Positions 46,791 through 59,400 of a stretch of DNA of 64,000 nt are shown here, piece after piece; the first letter of the stretch is position 1; each line of letters opens with the position of its first letter. Below the pieces are notes generated by a model that was not told the DNA's origin, searched no databases, and was given only the letters and a program-made list of their open reading frames with translations. Both the position numbers and the translations under genes were made by a program. Source of the DNA: Botryllus schlosseri (Eukaryota); assembly GCA_051294905.1 (NCBI GenBank), contig CM119378.1:3784001-3848000 (forward strand). The letters are read 5' to 3'.

Positions 46791-48254
46791 TTACTGGACT
46801 AGAAGGATCTGATATATCTATTAGGGTTACCCTATTTTGGAATCGAGAAAGGAGGAAACTTTTTCAAAATATTCAAACTTAGAATACCAGAGGAAAATCC
46901 TTAAAAGATGGTAAATTATTTCCACTTCGTGGTCGGTTGACTAAAAAAGGTAAACTTTCTCGCTCAGCACCCAAAATACAGTTTTTCTTTCACATTATCA
47001 GTCGGTTGACTAAAAAAAGTAAACTTTCCGGCTCAGCTCCCGAAATAGCCGCGGGAGCGTTACTTCAGTGATGATTTATTGTATCTCAGTCGAATTTTGC
47101 CCTATATTAAACCGAAATTCTCAAAAAAGAGGACAAAATCTCAAAAAGCAGGACATTCAGGCGTCCACCGAGGACATTTTCAAAGGATATATCGACATCG
47201 CCATCCGTCACATGTCACCTCATCTTGTCGTCTGTCTCAGTTATCTTCTATTTATTATAGCATACTTGTCATTCAGTGTCTAGTGCATGCCTCTTCTTTA
47301 CTTTGCCTAGGCCAAGATGGGCGTATGATTTAAAGAGTAGGCTACTCCAAGCAGACATGGGGTAATCGCGATTAGTAATCGTAATCGATTACGACGATTA
47401 CAGCATTTTCAAGTAATCGTAATCGCAATCGATTACACTCGAAAAAAATCCGAAGTAATCGTAATCGTAATCGACTACTTCCCATATCTAATCGATTTCT
47501 CTGTGAAAGAACGATTACTTTTTATTTTTGCAAGTACTATGACATAAACTGAACTGAACATTCGTGAACAAGGAAGAGATATTATACCAGGCTCGTGACA
47601 GCACAAACGTCTGATTTTCAAACGCCACAGCTCGTTATTACGTAATCGTAATCGACTACTTCCCATATCTAATCGATTTCTCTGTGAAAGAACGATTACT
47701 TTTTATTTTTGCAAGTACTATGACATAAATTGAACTGAACATTCGTGAACAAGGAAGAGATATTATACCAGGCTCGTGACAGCACAAACGTCTGATTTTC
47801 AAACGCCACAGCTCGTTATTACGTCAGAAACAGCCTATTAGCTTTGCGCGTCATTGCGTAAGAAGTATATCCACACTAAATAGATATTCGATGTACGTAC
47901 GACGTACGTCGTACATTAGTGTCATTGTAAGAACACCCGCCGTGCTGTTATATCAGGTTATCAACACGTTCCACACGCCAGAACCTCGCAGCAGTATAAG
48001 TTATCTCCGCTCTGCCTATAGTTTCAAATAGTAACTTATGGTTGATGTTTGGTTATGCTTATGCTTAGTTAAACGCAATTTGACCGTAGCTGCTTGGCGA
48101 GCAGTAGGCCTATCTAGTACGTACGTACACCGGCCAAAGATTTGAAATTTTGTACTCCTCAAATAAAACATTGCGATTTCCACAACGAAACAGTAAAAAT
48201 CAACAGCTGGTGATATATATATATATCAAAACCGAACCGTTTTTGCCGTTTCTC

Positions 48255-48516
48255 GAGCGAGATAGTGTAATGGTTATGCGTCCGGCTTCTCGAACGGTAG
48301 GGCGTGGGTTCGATCCCCGGCCGGGTCATACCAAAGACTCGAAAATTGGTATCCGCAGCTATCCTGCTAGGCGCTCAGCAATCACGGATAGCATGGAAGA
48401 GAAAAAAAACGGGGGCGCAGACTAGATGACCTCATGGGGCCGTATCGCAAATCCGTCGTCAAAGCATCTCGATGGTGCAGGCGAAAAAGAATATCATATC
48501 TCTCTCTCTCTCTCTC
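48255..48516 (+). mobile_element. tRNA-derived SINE, family B (MetaSINE-like core, CR1-like tail, (CT)n end)
   Basis: A-box TAGTGTAATGG, B-box GGTTCGATCCC, core GTCATACCAAAGACTCGAAAATTGGTATCCGCAGCTATCCTGCTAGGCGCTCAGCA. Decayed copy at ~56730-56820. Confidence 0.8.
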
Positions 48517-48831
48517 GTAACGGCAGCTTGCAGTACAATATCTGTATTAAGTTGAAGGCAGAATTTTATGCTCGCTTCGTCTTATTCTCATATGACTCTA
48601 CTTGAAAGGGCGCCAATCGTTATTTCACAATTCTTTACTCAACATTGGGACCTGCCGCCATGGCCATGGGCTTATATATCATGTTAGCATGGGTTGTAGC
48701 TGGAATCAGGACCAAAACAGCAAGTCGTCCCCTATAGACAAGTTGAAGACTGAATTTCGTCGAGAATTGCATTATATTACTATAGATCTTTAATACTCTC
48801 TCAGCCCCCGATGGTCAGATTTACCTGTAGA

Positions 48832-49076
48832 GTTTGTTTGTTTGAGGTAATCTTGGTGTTTATCGACTACAACGGTCAGTTACACCAGGCCGACTTGTAG
48901 CACGGCCCACTTCTAGGCTTATTATAAGACACCGCTTACGCGGATGAGGCGGCGAGGAGGAGCCTAGATAAACCTCCGACACTTAGAAAGGAATTCTGAA
49001 GTCGACCTCGGTCGGACTCGAACCCGCAACCCAATGGCGTTGCTGCCGTGGATTATATCACTGCGCTATCTCGCCA
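48832..49076 (-). mobile_element. tRNA-derived SINE, family A, (AAAC)n tail
   Basis: Homologous to 10456-10746; flanked by TACCTGTAGAG / TACATGTAGAG (possible TSD). Confidence 0.8.
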
Positions 49077-49703
49077 CACAATCACCTACATGTAGAGCTG
49101 GGAGAACGTAATTCATAATTATAACCTCTGGTATCTTGTTATAATTACTTTAGTGTATGTTGTTAATTCGTGACCTCCGGTTTGTCATATAATCAAACGA
49201 TATTGTAGTGGCTCAAGCGTAGCAGACTAGAAGAAAAACTTTCGTGAGACGCACAAACAAATTGTCATGTCTTTATATCTGACTGCATGTCTAGCAACTC
49301 AAGTTGTAAATTACCATGGTCAGTGGCCACATTAACTACAATAGGACATGAAAACATTTTGAGCATGGGAAAAAAGCATTCATTCCGTCAATGCGGCCGT
49401 TGAACTGAACAATCAAGTCAAATGATCCATTGGTTTGATGGTCAGATAGCGTTGTAAAACGTGTTGCAACACCACCTGCACTTAATTAAGTCTGATGATG
49501 AGCAGACTTAAATTTGAGTGACGATCCAAACACATTTGAGTGTGAGCATACTTTTTGACGTGAGTTGAGTAACGAAATCGTTGCTGAGTAGAGAATCGCT
49601 ACTCGACAGCAAAGGAATTGGTCGCCACCCTTAATTATAAACTCCAGATTCCAAGCCAAGCAAGTGAAATTTTGGAATATCAATTTTTTTGTTTGTTCTA
49701 AAT

Positions 49704-50017
49704 CAGTGGTTCCCAACCTTTTTCGACTCATCGCCCCAAATTTTGTGAACCGAAAAATCGGTATACAAACTGTAATCACCGGCGGGTTGACTTAAACAAA
49801 GGTCAACTTTGCCGTTCGATGTCGAATTTTACACTTTTGCAACTGAATTTTCGTGGGATGACTAAAAAAAAGGTAATTTCTCCGACTTAACTCCAATATA
49901 GCCGTTTTAACGCGTCATCGCCCCCCTATCTCCCCCTTCGCTATTTTCGCCCCCCTATCGCCCCTTCGTCATTTTCGCCCCCCTAGATCGCCAAATCGCC
50001 CACGTTGGGAACCACTG
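49704..50017. mobile_element. Charlie-like hAT MITE (uninterrupted form of the 28915 / 63272 family)
   Basis: TIR CAGTGGTTCCCAAC, exact TSD TTCTAAAT. Confidence 0.92.
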
Positions 50018-50454
50018 TTCTAAATTGATTTTATAATATTTTTGTTGGATTTTCCAATGCCGCAAGTAGGCTAGCTCGCAGCCGCGGTTGGGAATCACTG
50101 ATCTAGAGAGGATTTTCAAGTTAATTAGATCTCTCTAAAATACTCTATAACTTATGTTGGTTTACGAAATACTTTTTTAGTCTCCTTCGAGCTCGCTCCC
50201 CACCCTATTGGGAAATTTGGGGCGCGGCAATTATGGCCCTGGCAAGAATGCAAATCATTGGGCGCGATAAATTGAACTCTATAAAAATGGGCAATGGGTA
50301 GGCTACATTATGACGTAACAAGCAAATGACACATCTCTTTTAAAGGGAGTTTGTTATCTCATTAGGCCTCTTCAGCGCAATCCATATATTCCAACATAGC
50401 TTCCAAGTCTTCCGACATATCTCCCAAGATGCAAAATAAATGTAATCGTGAGTA

Positions 50455-51008
50455 ATCATCATCATCATCATCATTGGTTTATTAGCAATTTTATCAGTTC
50501 AATACACCACAAAAAATGCGATACAATGAAAAGACAGGAAGATGTCGAAGCGACAAGGAGTAGTCTATGGAATCTGACACCCACCTTGGCCTAGGCGATG
50601 TAAAGAGGAGGCATGCACACTGAATGAAAGTAAAGAAGATAGAATAGAAAAAGAAAGCGACAAGAAATAGGGCGGCATGTCATGGGAAGCGAGATCGATA
50701 GGTCAGTCGTGGTCCGGTAATCTTGAGGATGGACTGTATTTATTTAGTAGTAATTGTTTGTATTTCGACTTGAATGTGGACATGCTCGTCGACTGTCTGA
50801 TGGCCGGCGGGATACTGTTCCACACATCAGGTCCGGCATATTTGATGGAGCGATGATCTTTTCGGTCGATCATATGATATTTGGACGACGTGGACGCGCG
50901 TGTGTCGTACTTGTGCGCTTTTGATTCAGAGGTAAAGAAGTCATTGAAATATTCGGGGCAACGACCGCAGTGAAACTGATACATAAACTTGGCGATTTCT
51001 AGTTTACT
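50455..51008 (-). mobile_element. CR1/L2-clade LINE 3' fragment with (ATG)n tail
   Basis: KLEIAKFMYQF...HKYDTR...SIKYAGPDVWNSIP...FKSKYKQLLL followed by a 3' UTR. Confidence 0.88.
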
Positions 51009-51544
51009 TTTCCAATGTAATCGTAATCGTAATCGACTACTTCCTGATTTTGCTGTAATCGTAATCGTAATCGTAATCGCGCCATTCAGAAGTAATCGTA
51101 ATCGCAATCGATTACAATCATGAAGTAATCACCCCATGTCTGACTCCAAGTCGTTTCGGTACCTTCATATTTTCATTTATCGCAAACTTGTGGTGTATTG
51201 ATTGGATTACAAATAAATAATAGACGGAACTGAAGTATGTGTATACTTCGTTACTGTCCATCTCTGCGAATAAAAGTGTACCGCGATCGTTTTATAATTT
51301 TTTTGGCATGCCACAGGCTGAAAAAGCTTGGGAACCACTGCCGTAATGTAACGTGTCGTCATGGTCTAATTGGTGTAGTAGGACACGTTCTACTTGACAC
51401 GAGTGACTGCATACAGTTTGTTATGCTTTCGTAGGAGAGCACTTTTACTTAGTTTGGTTGGTTTCCTCGAAGAAAACTCCTTGTTACCAACTCGGCATTC
51501 CATTTCTGCCGTGTCTACACCGTTTTGGGTTCTTGAACTAAATA

Positions 51545-54500
51545 ATGAGATTTCTAGCCCTAGTGTGCTGCGCGTGCGTTCTCGGAATTGCGTATGCCGC
51601 AGTTGCAAAGAAGTCCAGAGTAATAGAACCCAAACCCCTGAGCGATGAGGAACCTGGAACGCAGGAGTATGATCATGAAGCTTTCCTGGGAGAAGAAGAG
51701 GCTAAAACTTTCGACGAATTACCTGAGGAGGAAAGTGTCCGAAGACTCGGGTATGTAAATCTATTGCCATTCTGGTGTTGTAGCTGCATTGACTTTTGAG
51801 CTTGCTTGTGCACAGCTGATTATTATGATGCAGCACCTTACTAGAAACTTTAATATTTGCGACGAATTGTTTTTTTATTTTTATATATTCGAGTACTATG
51901 GTCATGGTCATCTACATCAGGGTAGGCAGGCATTTCCCATTATAATTCCTTATCTACCGACTTGTTAAAGGCCAAAAGGGTCCACTTTCATTCTATAGCC
52001 TACTTTTGGTAAGACACCACTTCGAGGAGCAGCCTAGTCAAACCTCCAGCACTTGAGCAATCAAGTCAGTAACGTGACTATAATTTCCTCATTTTTAATT
52101 GGTCACATTGATTGATTTTGACATTCCTTCATAAGGGCAATGACCCCCAAGTCCCCAATCATATCTGCAATATTCCATCAATTGATCAATACAATGTCAT
52201 TCTTGTGAGTTGTGACCCCTTCTATAATTGTTGCACACATAAGCTCTGTCATCACTCAATTTGAAACATCAGCCGAAATGTTCACGTTCAGTTATCAACT
52301 AAAATCTATTCTTGGTCAACTGGTCACAACTGTCTACTGAAAACACCTACCAAGATGTATTAAAAAAATCTTTATTTGGTCAAACAGATTATATTGTTCT
52401 TGTAACCTGCCTAGTTGTCTCTATCTTGAAATTTATTGTGGAAAGGGGATAGAGATTGCAGTGCAACTTGTTCATGGCACTGCAAGAGTAATGCTGCGAG
52501 CAAGCTGTATATTTTGATTGACATTAATAATGTGTCTCTGAATTCTTAGAATCATAGCCGACCGACTAGACACAAACCAAGACGGTAAAATCGACAAACC
52601 AGAACTCATGGCGTGGATAAAGAAAGCCCAAACTCGCTACGTGGAAGAGGATGCGGAGGCACAAATGAAATCGTCCGACACCAATGGCAACGGATACGTC
52701 GAGTGGACAGAGTATTATGAAAACACATACGGTCACATTTCCGGTCAGTATCACTAACTGCGGTCCCTCAATATGGATCTGATTTTAACGAGTAATGTTT
52801 TTTAGAAGAGGATTTGAATAGAGAGGACAACGATGGCAGTTTCAGTTACAAAAAGATGATCACAAGAGATGAGAAGAGGTGGAAAGTAAGTGTGTGGAAC
52901 CTGAGCTCAAAAAAAATTTCAATCTCGTATATATTATAATAATAGTTTTGAATATTAATAGCTTAGTAGCCTAGTTGGAGGTACAGAACTTCAATATACA
53001 ATTAAATGATTCATATTGAAATTAAACCGGAATATTTTCGGCTGACACTCGTCAAGGGTAATCGTCAGTCTTTGTCACTCGTTTCTGGTTACTCCAGATT
53101 CAACTTATTAGTATTTATATCAATCATCAATCAAACGCTGATATGCCCGACCTCGACAATGTATATCGGGATACAACATCCTGCGTGGCAACTGCCTGAG
53201 GGCAGTAGGAAAAAGATGCTTGTAATTTGCCATAATTTGCACCAAAATTTTCTGATTGACACCAAATTATTGTGATTATATCTCGAACAGCTTCTTTGAG
53301 GTACAGAACTTCAATATACAATTGAATAGTATGTTCATATTGAAATGAACCCGAATATTTTCGGCTGACACTCGTCAGGGGTAATCGTCAGCAACTAGTA
53401 GAGAATTCGAAAGAACAGCGTATATCAACAATCGTAACACAAAATATGACGTCACCAGCACGAAATGTCGAATATGAGAGCGTTCAATGTACTATTTTTA
53501 GATGATACACGAACTCTTGGAGTCGACTTTTATCAAAATACACCAGCCAAGGCTGTGTCAACAAAAAGAGTTCGTGTATCATCTAAAAATAGTACATTGA
53601 ACGCTCTCGTATTCGACATTTCGTGCTGGTGACGTCACATTTTGTGTTACGATTGTTGATATACGCTGTTCTTTCGAATTCTCTACTAGTTGCTGACGAT
53701 TACCCCTGACGAGTGTCAGCCGAAAATATTTGGGTTAACTTATATATGAATATACTATTCAATTATATCTCGAAGTACGTTGTTGTTACGTTAGCGAGTA
53801 TCGGGGTGGGGGAACCGTTGAAATTTCTAATCGATTGGATTGAGTTTGACACTCGTGACTCCATTCCATTTCAAGTTGCCACCCGTCACTCCTCGCGACT
53901 CGCTAAATTTTGAATTTATGACCGTGTGTCTGGTATATAATATTTGAATAATCTCGATTATTTTCGGCTGACACTCGTCGGGGGTAATGGTCAGCAACTA
54001 GTAGAGAATTGGAAAGAACATTGTATATCAACCATCGTATCACAAAATATGACATCACCGGCATGAAATTACGAATAATCGAGGCTTAAGAGGTCACTGC
54101 AGCTCAACGTACTATTTTTAGATGGTGCACCAATGCAAGCTTTAGGCTCCTTGTAAATAACAATCTTATTTGGAACCGGTTAAGTCTGTAGAACTGCTAC
54201 TGATTTAGAGTGTATTTCTGCACGAAACCTGGATATATAATCGTTTGCTATGGGTGTTGCTTAGAGAATTGTGACGATCTCGGTTGTATATTTAGAGTGC
54301 TGATGACAATGCCGACAACAGTTTGTCGCGAGATGAGTTGATGGCGTTCCTACATCCCGAAGAGTACCCGAAAATGAAGGACACCGTCCTCGATGAGACG
54401 ATAGAGGACATTGACAAAGATGGGGATGGATTCGTTAATGTGGAAGAATATATCGGTAAGTGGAGAAATGTGTTATGTTGTGTCTAAATATTATGGAGCA

Positions 54501-55858
54501 TATTTTCATTGCCTGCTGACATTCTCTTTGGCACAGTGTGCCAACCTGCTGTTGCAGTATTCCAAAACTAAAATCCATCAATCTTGTTGGAACTTGTCTC
54601 AAGTCTCTGAGGCTTCGCACTTGATTACGACTAACGTGGTGTTTCATTTTTCAAGGGGATATGTGGCGGCCAGAAGATGGCGGCGAGGAACCAGAATGGG
54701 TGAAGACAGAACGGGAACAGTTTACCATCAGCAGGGATAAGGACAAAAACAATAAGTTAGTCGAACACGCGTTATTTTGTTTTGTATCAGCTTTTGATGA
54801 CATCCGGAGTCAGCTACTGTGCTCTGCAGGTGGAACGTACCTGATTTCCAGTGGTGGTCAATAATGAAGTAATTTACTTTTTCGAAGTACTATGTTGGAT
54901 TCTGCCTCCTTGCAATACTCATTTTTGCAGTTTGGATTTTGAAAAGTAGAAAGTAGCTTTAGACGAGATTGCGTTACTTTATTGTATGACATCGTAAGGA
55001 CCATGTGATATAGCAATCACAGTGAACGCTGAATATGTCGAAGATTGTACCTGTTTGTTGCATCAGTAGTGATTTTATGTAGACCCGTAGATGCATCTTG
55101 CGACTTCGAATGTAGCCACCAACACCGATTAACTTCCAAATGTATGCGACCCCTCGTCCAAGAGTAGTTTTCAGTTTTTTTTTCTATTGTCGGGATACAT
55201 TTGAAGTAATTTTGACAATCTTGTGAATCACTCGTTGTGATTAAGTAAACACATTTAGAGCCTTACTTCTACTTGAGTAGCAACTCTGACTACTTTCACC
55301 ATCTCTGCTGATTTGTAAGGAACAATCGTCTAATTCATTCTTCTGATGTGTAATGCGCAACGCTCGCGCATGTCATGCCAATATTTGGATGACTTCAAAT
55401 TAATGTAACCACTGAATCTACCTAACCAACCAATACAATGGATCATTCATCTAAATACTGTTACACTGGGTGTGTACTACACCGTACACATATTTTATAT
55501 TGACTTTAAAATGTACTTACTACATTGATATGATATTGCGCATTGATCGTATTGCACCTGCCTTGTCACCTGATAACGATGTGTGCATTTAGATTGGACC
55601 GAGAAGAAATGAGATCTTGGATTCTTCCCGACGATTACGACGCTGTCGATGCCGAAGCGTCTCATTTAATTTATGAAGCCGACGATGATAAGGTAAGAGA
55701 TCTGCCTAGTTTCCCTGTAACTCTATGAAAAATGAACCACATTTCTTTTTCAGGACGAGTTTCTGAGCAAAGACGAAATTATTGCGCACCATTCGACTTT
55801 CGTCGGCTCCCAAATCACAAATTGGGGCGACGATCTGAAGCGTCACGACGAGTTTTAA
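51545..55858 (+). CDS. CALU: Calumenin/reticulocalbin (CREC family) paralog 1, ~314 aa. Exons 51545-51750, 52550-52743, 52806-52885, 54296-54455, 54656-54755, 55593-55692, 55754-55858
   Basis: Signal peptide, YDHEAFLG motif, six EF-hand loops (e.g. [24 protein letters not shown]), [23 protein letters not shown] and C-terminal HDEF. All introns are GT-AG with consistent phases. Confidence 0.93.
53315..53768. repeat. Near-perfect ~200-bp-arm palindrome (fold-back MITE) in CALU paralog 1 intron 3
   Basis: 53315-53518 is the reverse complement of ~53566-53768 with few mismatches. Family fragments at ~29830-29950, ~38850-39075, ~52980-53070, ~53960-54130. Confidence 0.9.
54849..55307. mobile_element. 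Tol2-like hAT MITE, older copy, CALU paralog 1 intron 5
   Basis: CAGTGGTGGTCA ... CACCATCTCTG, TSD CTGATTTC/CTGATTTG, AAGTA repeats. Confidence 0.75.
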
Positions 55859-56455
55859 ATCTTTCGTAAACAAAATATGAAGCATTATCACTTTCATGAC
55901 TCAAATTTCTGCGAAATCACACATAGTGCATGCCTAATTTCTTGATACACGTATTAATTAAAAGAATATTTTCATTACTGTTGCCAAAATGCTGATCGAC
56001 CCATTATAACGCATAATAATGAACGCATTGCAGCGATATTACTGCCATTAATTCACAATCCTGACCATTTAATGACTAAATTATACATTGCAGTATATTA
56101 TCTTCAAAGCTTGCTACCTGTGGTATTCCTTCGATCCTGAGATCACTTTGCGATCATTATGAAATGTCTGAATTAGAATTGCTGCCCTTATTGGTTTTTG
56201 TGCAGTACGGGCTAACCCCGGTGCCATCTTGCTTATTCGTATACAGTGTTTGCTGCCTTGAATTTTTATTGTACTTACACAAGTGATTGTTTTGACAGCG
56301 AGTTTCCTGTTTTTGTTTGAATTGTGAGAAATTCGCTTTGCCTGCGGAGGTGCTTTGCGTGGAACTTCTATTTGAGTGTTGCAGTATTTCAGGTTTCACA
56401 TGACTATTCATAATATTACTGTTTGCAGGTTTAGTTTTTTTTTTAAGTCTCGATA

Positions 56456-59400
56456 ATGTTTCGTAGTAAGCTAGTTATAGTTTTGTGTATCGCGTACGCT
56501 TTTGCCGGCGTCACGAAAAAGGACCGGGTAGTGGACCAGCATTTGAGTGATAAAGATCCTGGGACAGAAGAATATGATCACGACGCTTTCGTAGGCCGGG
56601 ATGAAGCGGAAGAATTTGAGAAGCTCTCGCCCGAAGAATCGAAAAGAAGATTAGGGTAATTACACATTAATCGATTGAATTTTGAATGCAGCGAGCCTTG
56701 GTTATGTCAATTTTATGATGTAGAAAACTGGGGGTTCAATACCCGGCCGGAGACCTGATCAGTAAGACTGGTATCTGTAGCTTACCCGCTCTTTGCTCTC
56801 AATTTCTGGGATAGCGTGGCTATTTCTGCGTCTATCTTGTTCATGTCCAGTGGCATACAGGCTACACATCATGAGCTCTTGGTATGCATATTCGCAGATC
56901 GTGTGTATGTATATCAGGAGTCGGTGTATATGCCACAAAAACAGGACAAAAATATAATATCTTATTCCGCGTACCACCGGTCTTGAGAATCCATGAATTG
57001 TCAAGCCACTATCTAAATATAGTCGAGTTGATGATCGTGAAAATACAATTCACTAAACCGGCAGTGCCCAACCTTTTTTTAGCGCAGCCGCGTCTAGATT
57101 TGAAAATGTTCCAAGACCACCTCTAGTTTTAGGAAGCTGGGTGCGAATAAAGGCCGGCACCTTTGTCCTTTGTCGCAGCCTATCTATGACGCTGATTACT
57201 AAAATGTCGGCACATTCACGTCCCCCAGAAAAATGTCGAATGGCCCCCAGGTTGAAAACCACTGCACCAAATGGCACTCGATATTCCGATAAGTATCAGA
57301 CTCAATTCAACAGGATATTTTATTTGCTGCTTACTATAAGACAAAACAGTAGTTCTTGAGAACTTTTAGACCGCCACTCAAATCTGAACATTTTGTGACC
57401 CAAGCCTCGCACATCGTAATGAATGCATTTCTCTTGTTAGTATCCTACATTTTTACGAGAAGGTGCCGACAACCAGTTGTACAAAACGCAGTTCTATGTA
57501 ACTTGATTCAATACAGAGGAGTTGTTGACTTGCATTGATTCGTTTTTTTTAAAACTTCAGCATATATATTACCTCATATTAAACGATCGCTCTGGTATGG
57601 TCGCAACCCAAATTTACACCCTGAGTCGTGACCCATGTTTGGGGCCTAACCCATAATTTAAGAACATCTGCTATTAGATATTAATTCGCTGTAAATCCAT
57701 AATTCTTTGAAGCTGCATTGCCCCATGTTACATACGTTAGATCATTCTGTGTTACCTGCTTAAAATACATTGCTATGCAGGATCATCTTTGACAAGATCG
57801 ACACGGATAGTGATGGGCTCGTAAGCGATTCCGAGCTGCAAAGCTGGATCACAAAAACCCAGCAACGCTACATCAACGACAACACCAAAAGAGAGTTCGT
57901 GAACCACGACGAAGACAAAGACGACAAAATCACCTGGAAAGAATATTACGATCTAAACTTTGGGTTCCTGCAAGGTATGCGCTCTGGTCGGTTGGCATAA
58001 TGTCTCAAGTTTTCAATTCCCTTGTTTTCAGAGACTGACTGGGAGGATGATAGCAACGATATGTCGTACAAGAAAATGTTGAAGAGAGACGAAGCACGCT
58101 GGAAGGTGAGCTAAGTGATTTATCATATTTTTGCACCAATGTCTTATTGGGTGAGTTATGTTAAGACGATGGTGGTACTTGTTAGTAGCAGACTTGTAGA
58201 ACTAGATAATTCTGGTTGTCTAATAAGAGAAAAATGCCGGTCAAGTAATTCTAATCTAATTTGTGAAGAATGTTTCTGTGCGGTCATTTTACTTCTGATT
58301 TAATTTCTGATTTTCTTGCCTTTGAAAATGAACTAGGCTTTGACGTGAAATGAGCTTGTTTTTTGTTGGAATATAATTCAATTTCCAAGTTTTTCCTAGT
58401 TCGGTAATTCTAATTATAACCTGACTTTGTAAAAACTATAGCTATCATTCTAATTCGAATCTAATTTCGAGAAGCTGAAAATTTTCTGGTGTGTTCGAAT
58501 ATCTTCGCGATCTATTTCAGGCGGCCGATGAAGACGGGGACAACAGTCTCACGTACGAGGAGTACAAGGCTTATTTGCATCCCGAAGAGTTTGATAGGAT
58601 GAAAAATGTTGTTCTCGATGAGACTCTGAGTGACATGGACAAAAATGGCGACGGGATGTTGGATATGGAGGAATATATGAGTATGTGGCACATTTCTTCG
58701 TATTGCCAGTATAATGTTGATAATAATAATATTGTCACTGACATAATACTGTTAATAATAATATTGTCATTGACATAATACTGTTAATAATAATATTGGC
58801 ATAGGTGAATGAACAGAGTTTCATAATTCGAGGATATCCGTGATGGTTCTTGAGTCCCGTGTTACGGCGGGTGCTAATTCATCGTCGGAGGTGATCAGTC
58901 GAAGAGTACTCCTACTTTTCTGTAGAGTACTCCGTAGGGATATGTTTGCATCACTTCAAAGTGGCAATTTGTATAGTAAAACCACTGGGCAACACCTCTG
59001 TATCATGGTAACCAAATGCATTTTCAAAAACTCTCTCATCACTTGTGAGATGTAAGTTTCCGAGTCGCAAGTCAATCAGACTCTTATAGTTTTGACTCAA
59101 GTCAAGTCATTTACTATTCACCACCGAGTCAAGTCCGAGTCCAAGTCATTATGTTCACAGTTTTCAGTTCAATCCAGTTCAACCCACTCTTTTGAACACT
59201 GCTCAAGTGATATAGAATGGCTGGCATTCCTAATATAGTAATTTTCCTCAGTCTTAACAGTTTCTGGGCTATTTGATAAGTACCAGGACTGATAGACGAA
59301 ATGCCATTAATGTGGTGAATTCACTATTCTTCGAAGTTACAATGACATTTCTGTCTTGGCCATCCTAGTCTCGAGTCATATGACTTGGTACGAGTCCTGC

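Larger units (their letters stand above)
47352..51142. mobile_element. 3.8-kb hAT element with GTAATC arrays containing nested SINEs, a MITE and a LINE tail
   Basis: TIR CAGACATGGGGT / ACCCCATGTCTG, exact TSD ACTCCAAG. Confidence 0.92.
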
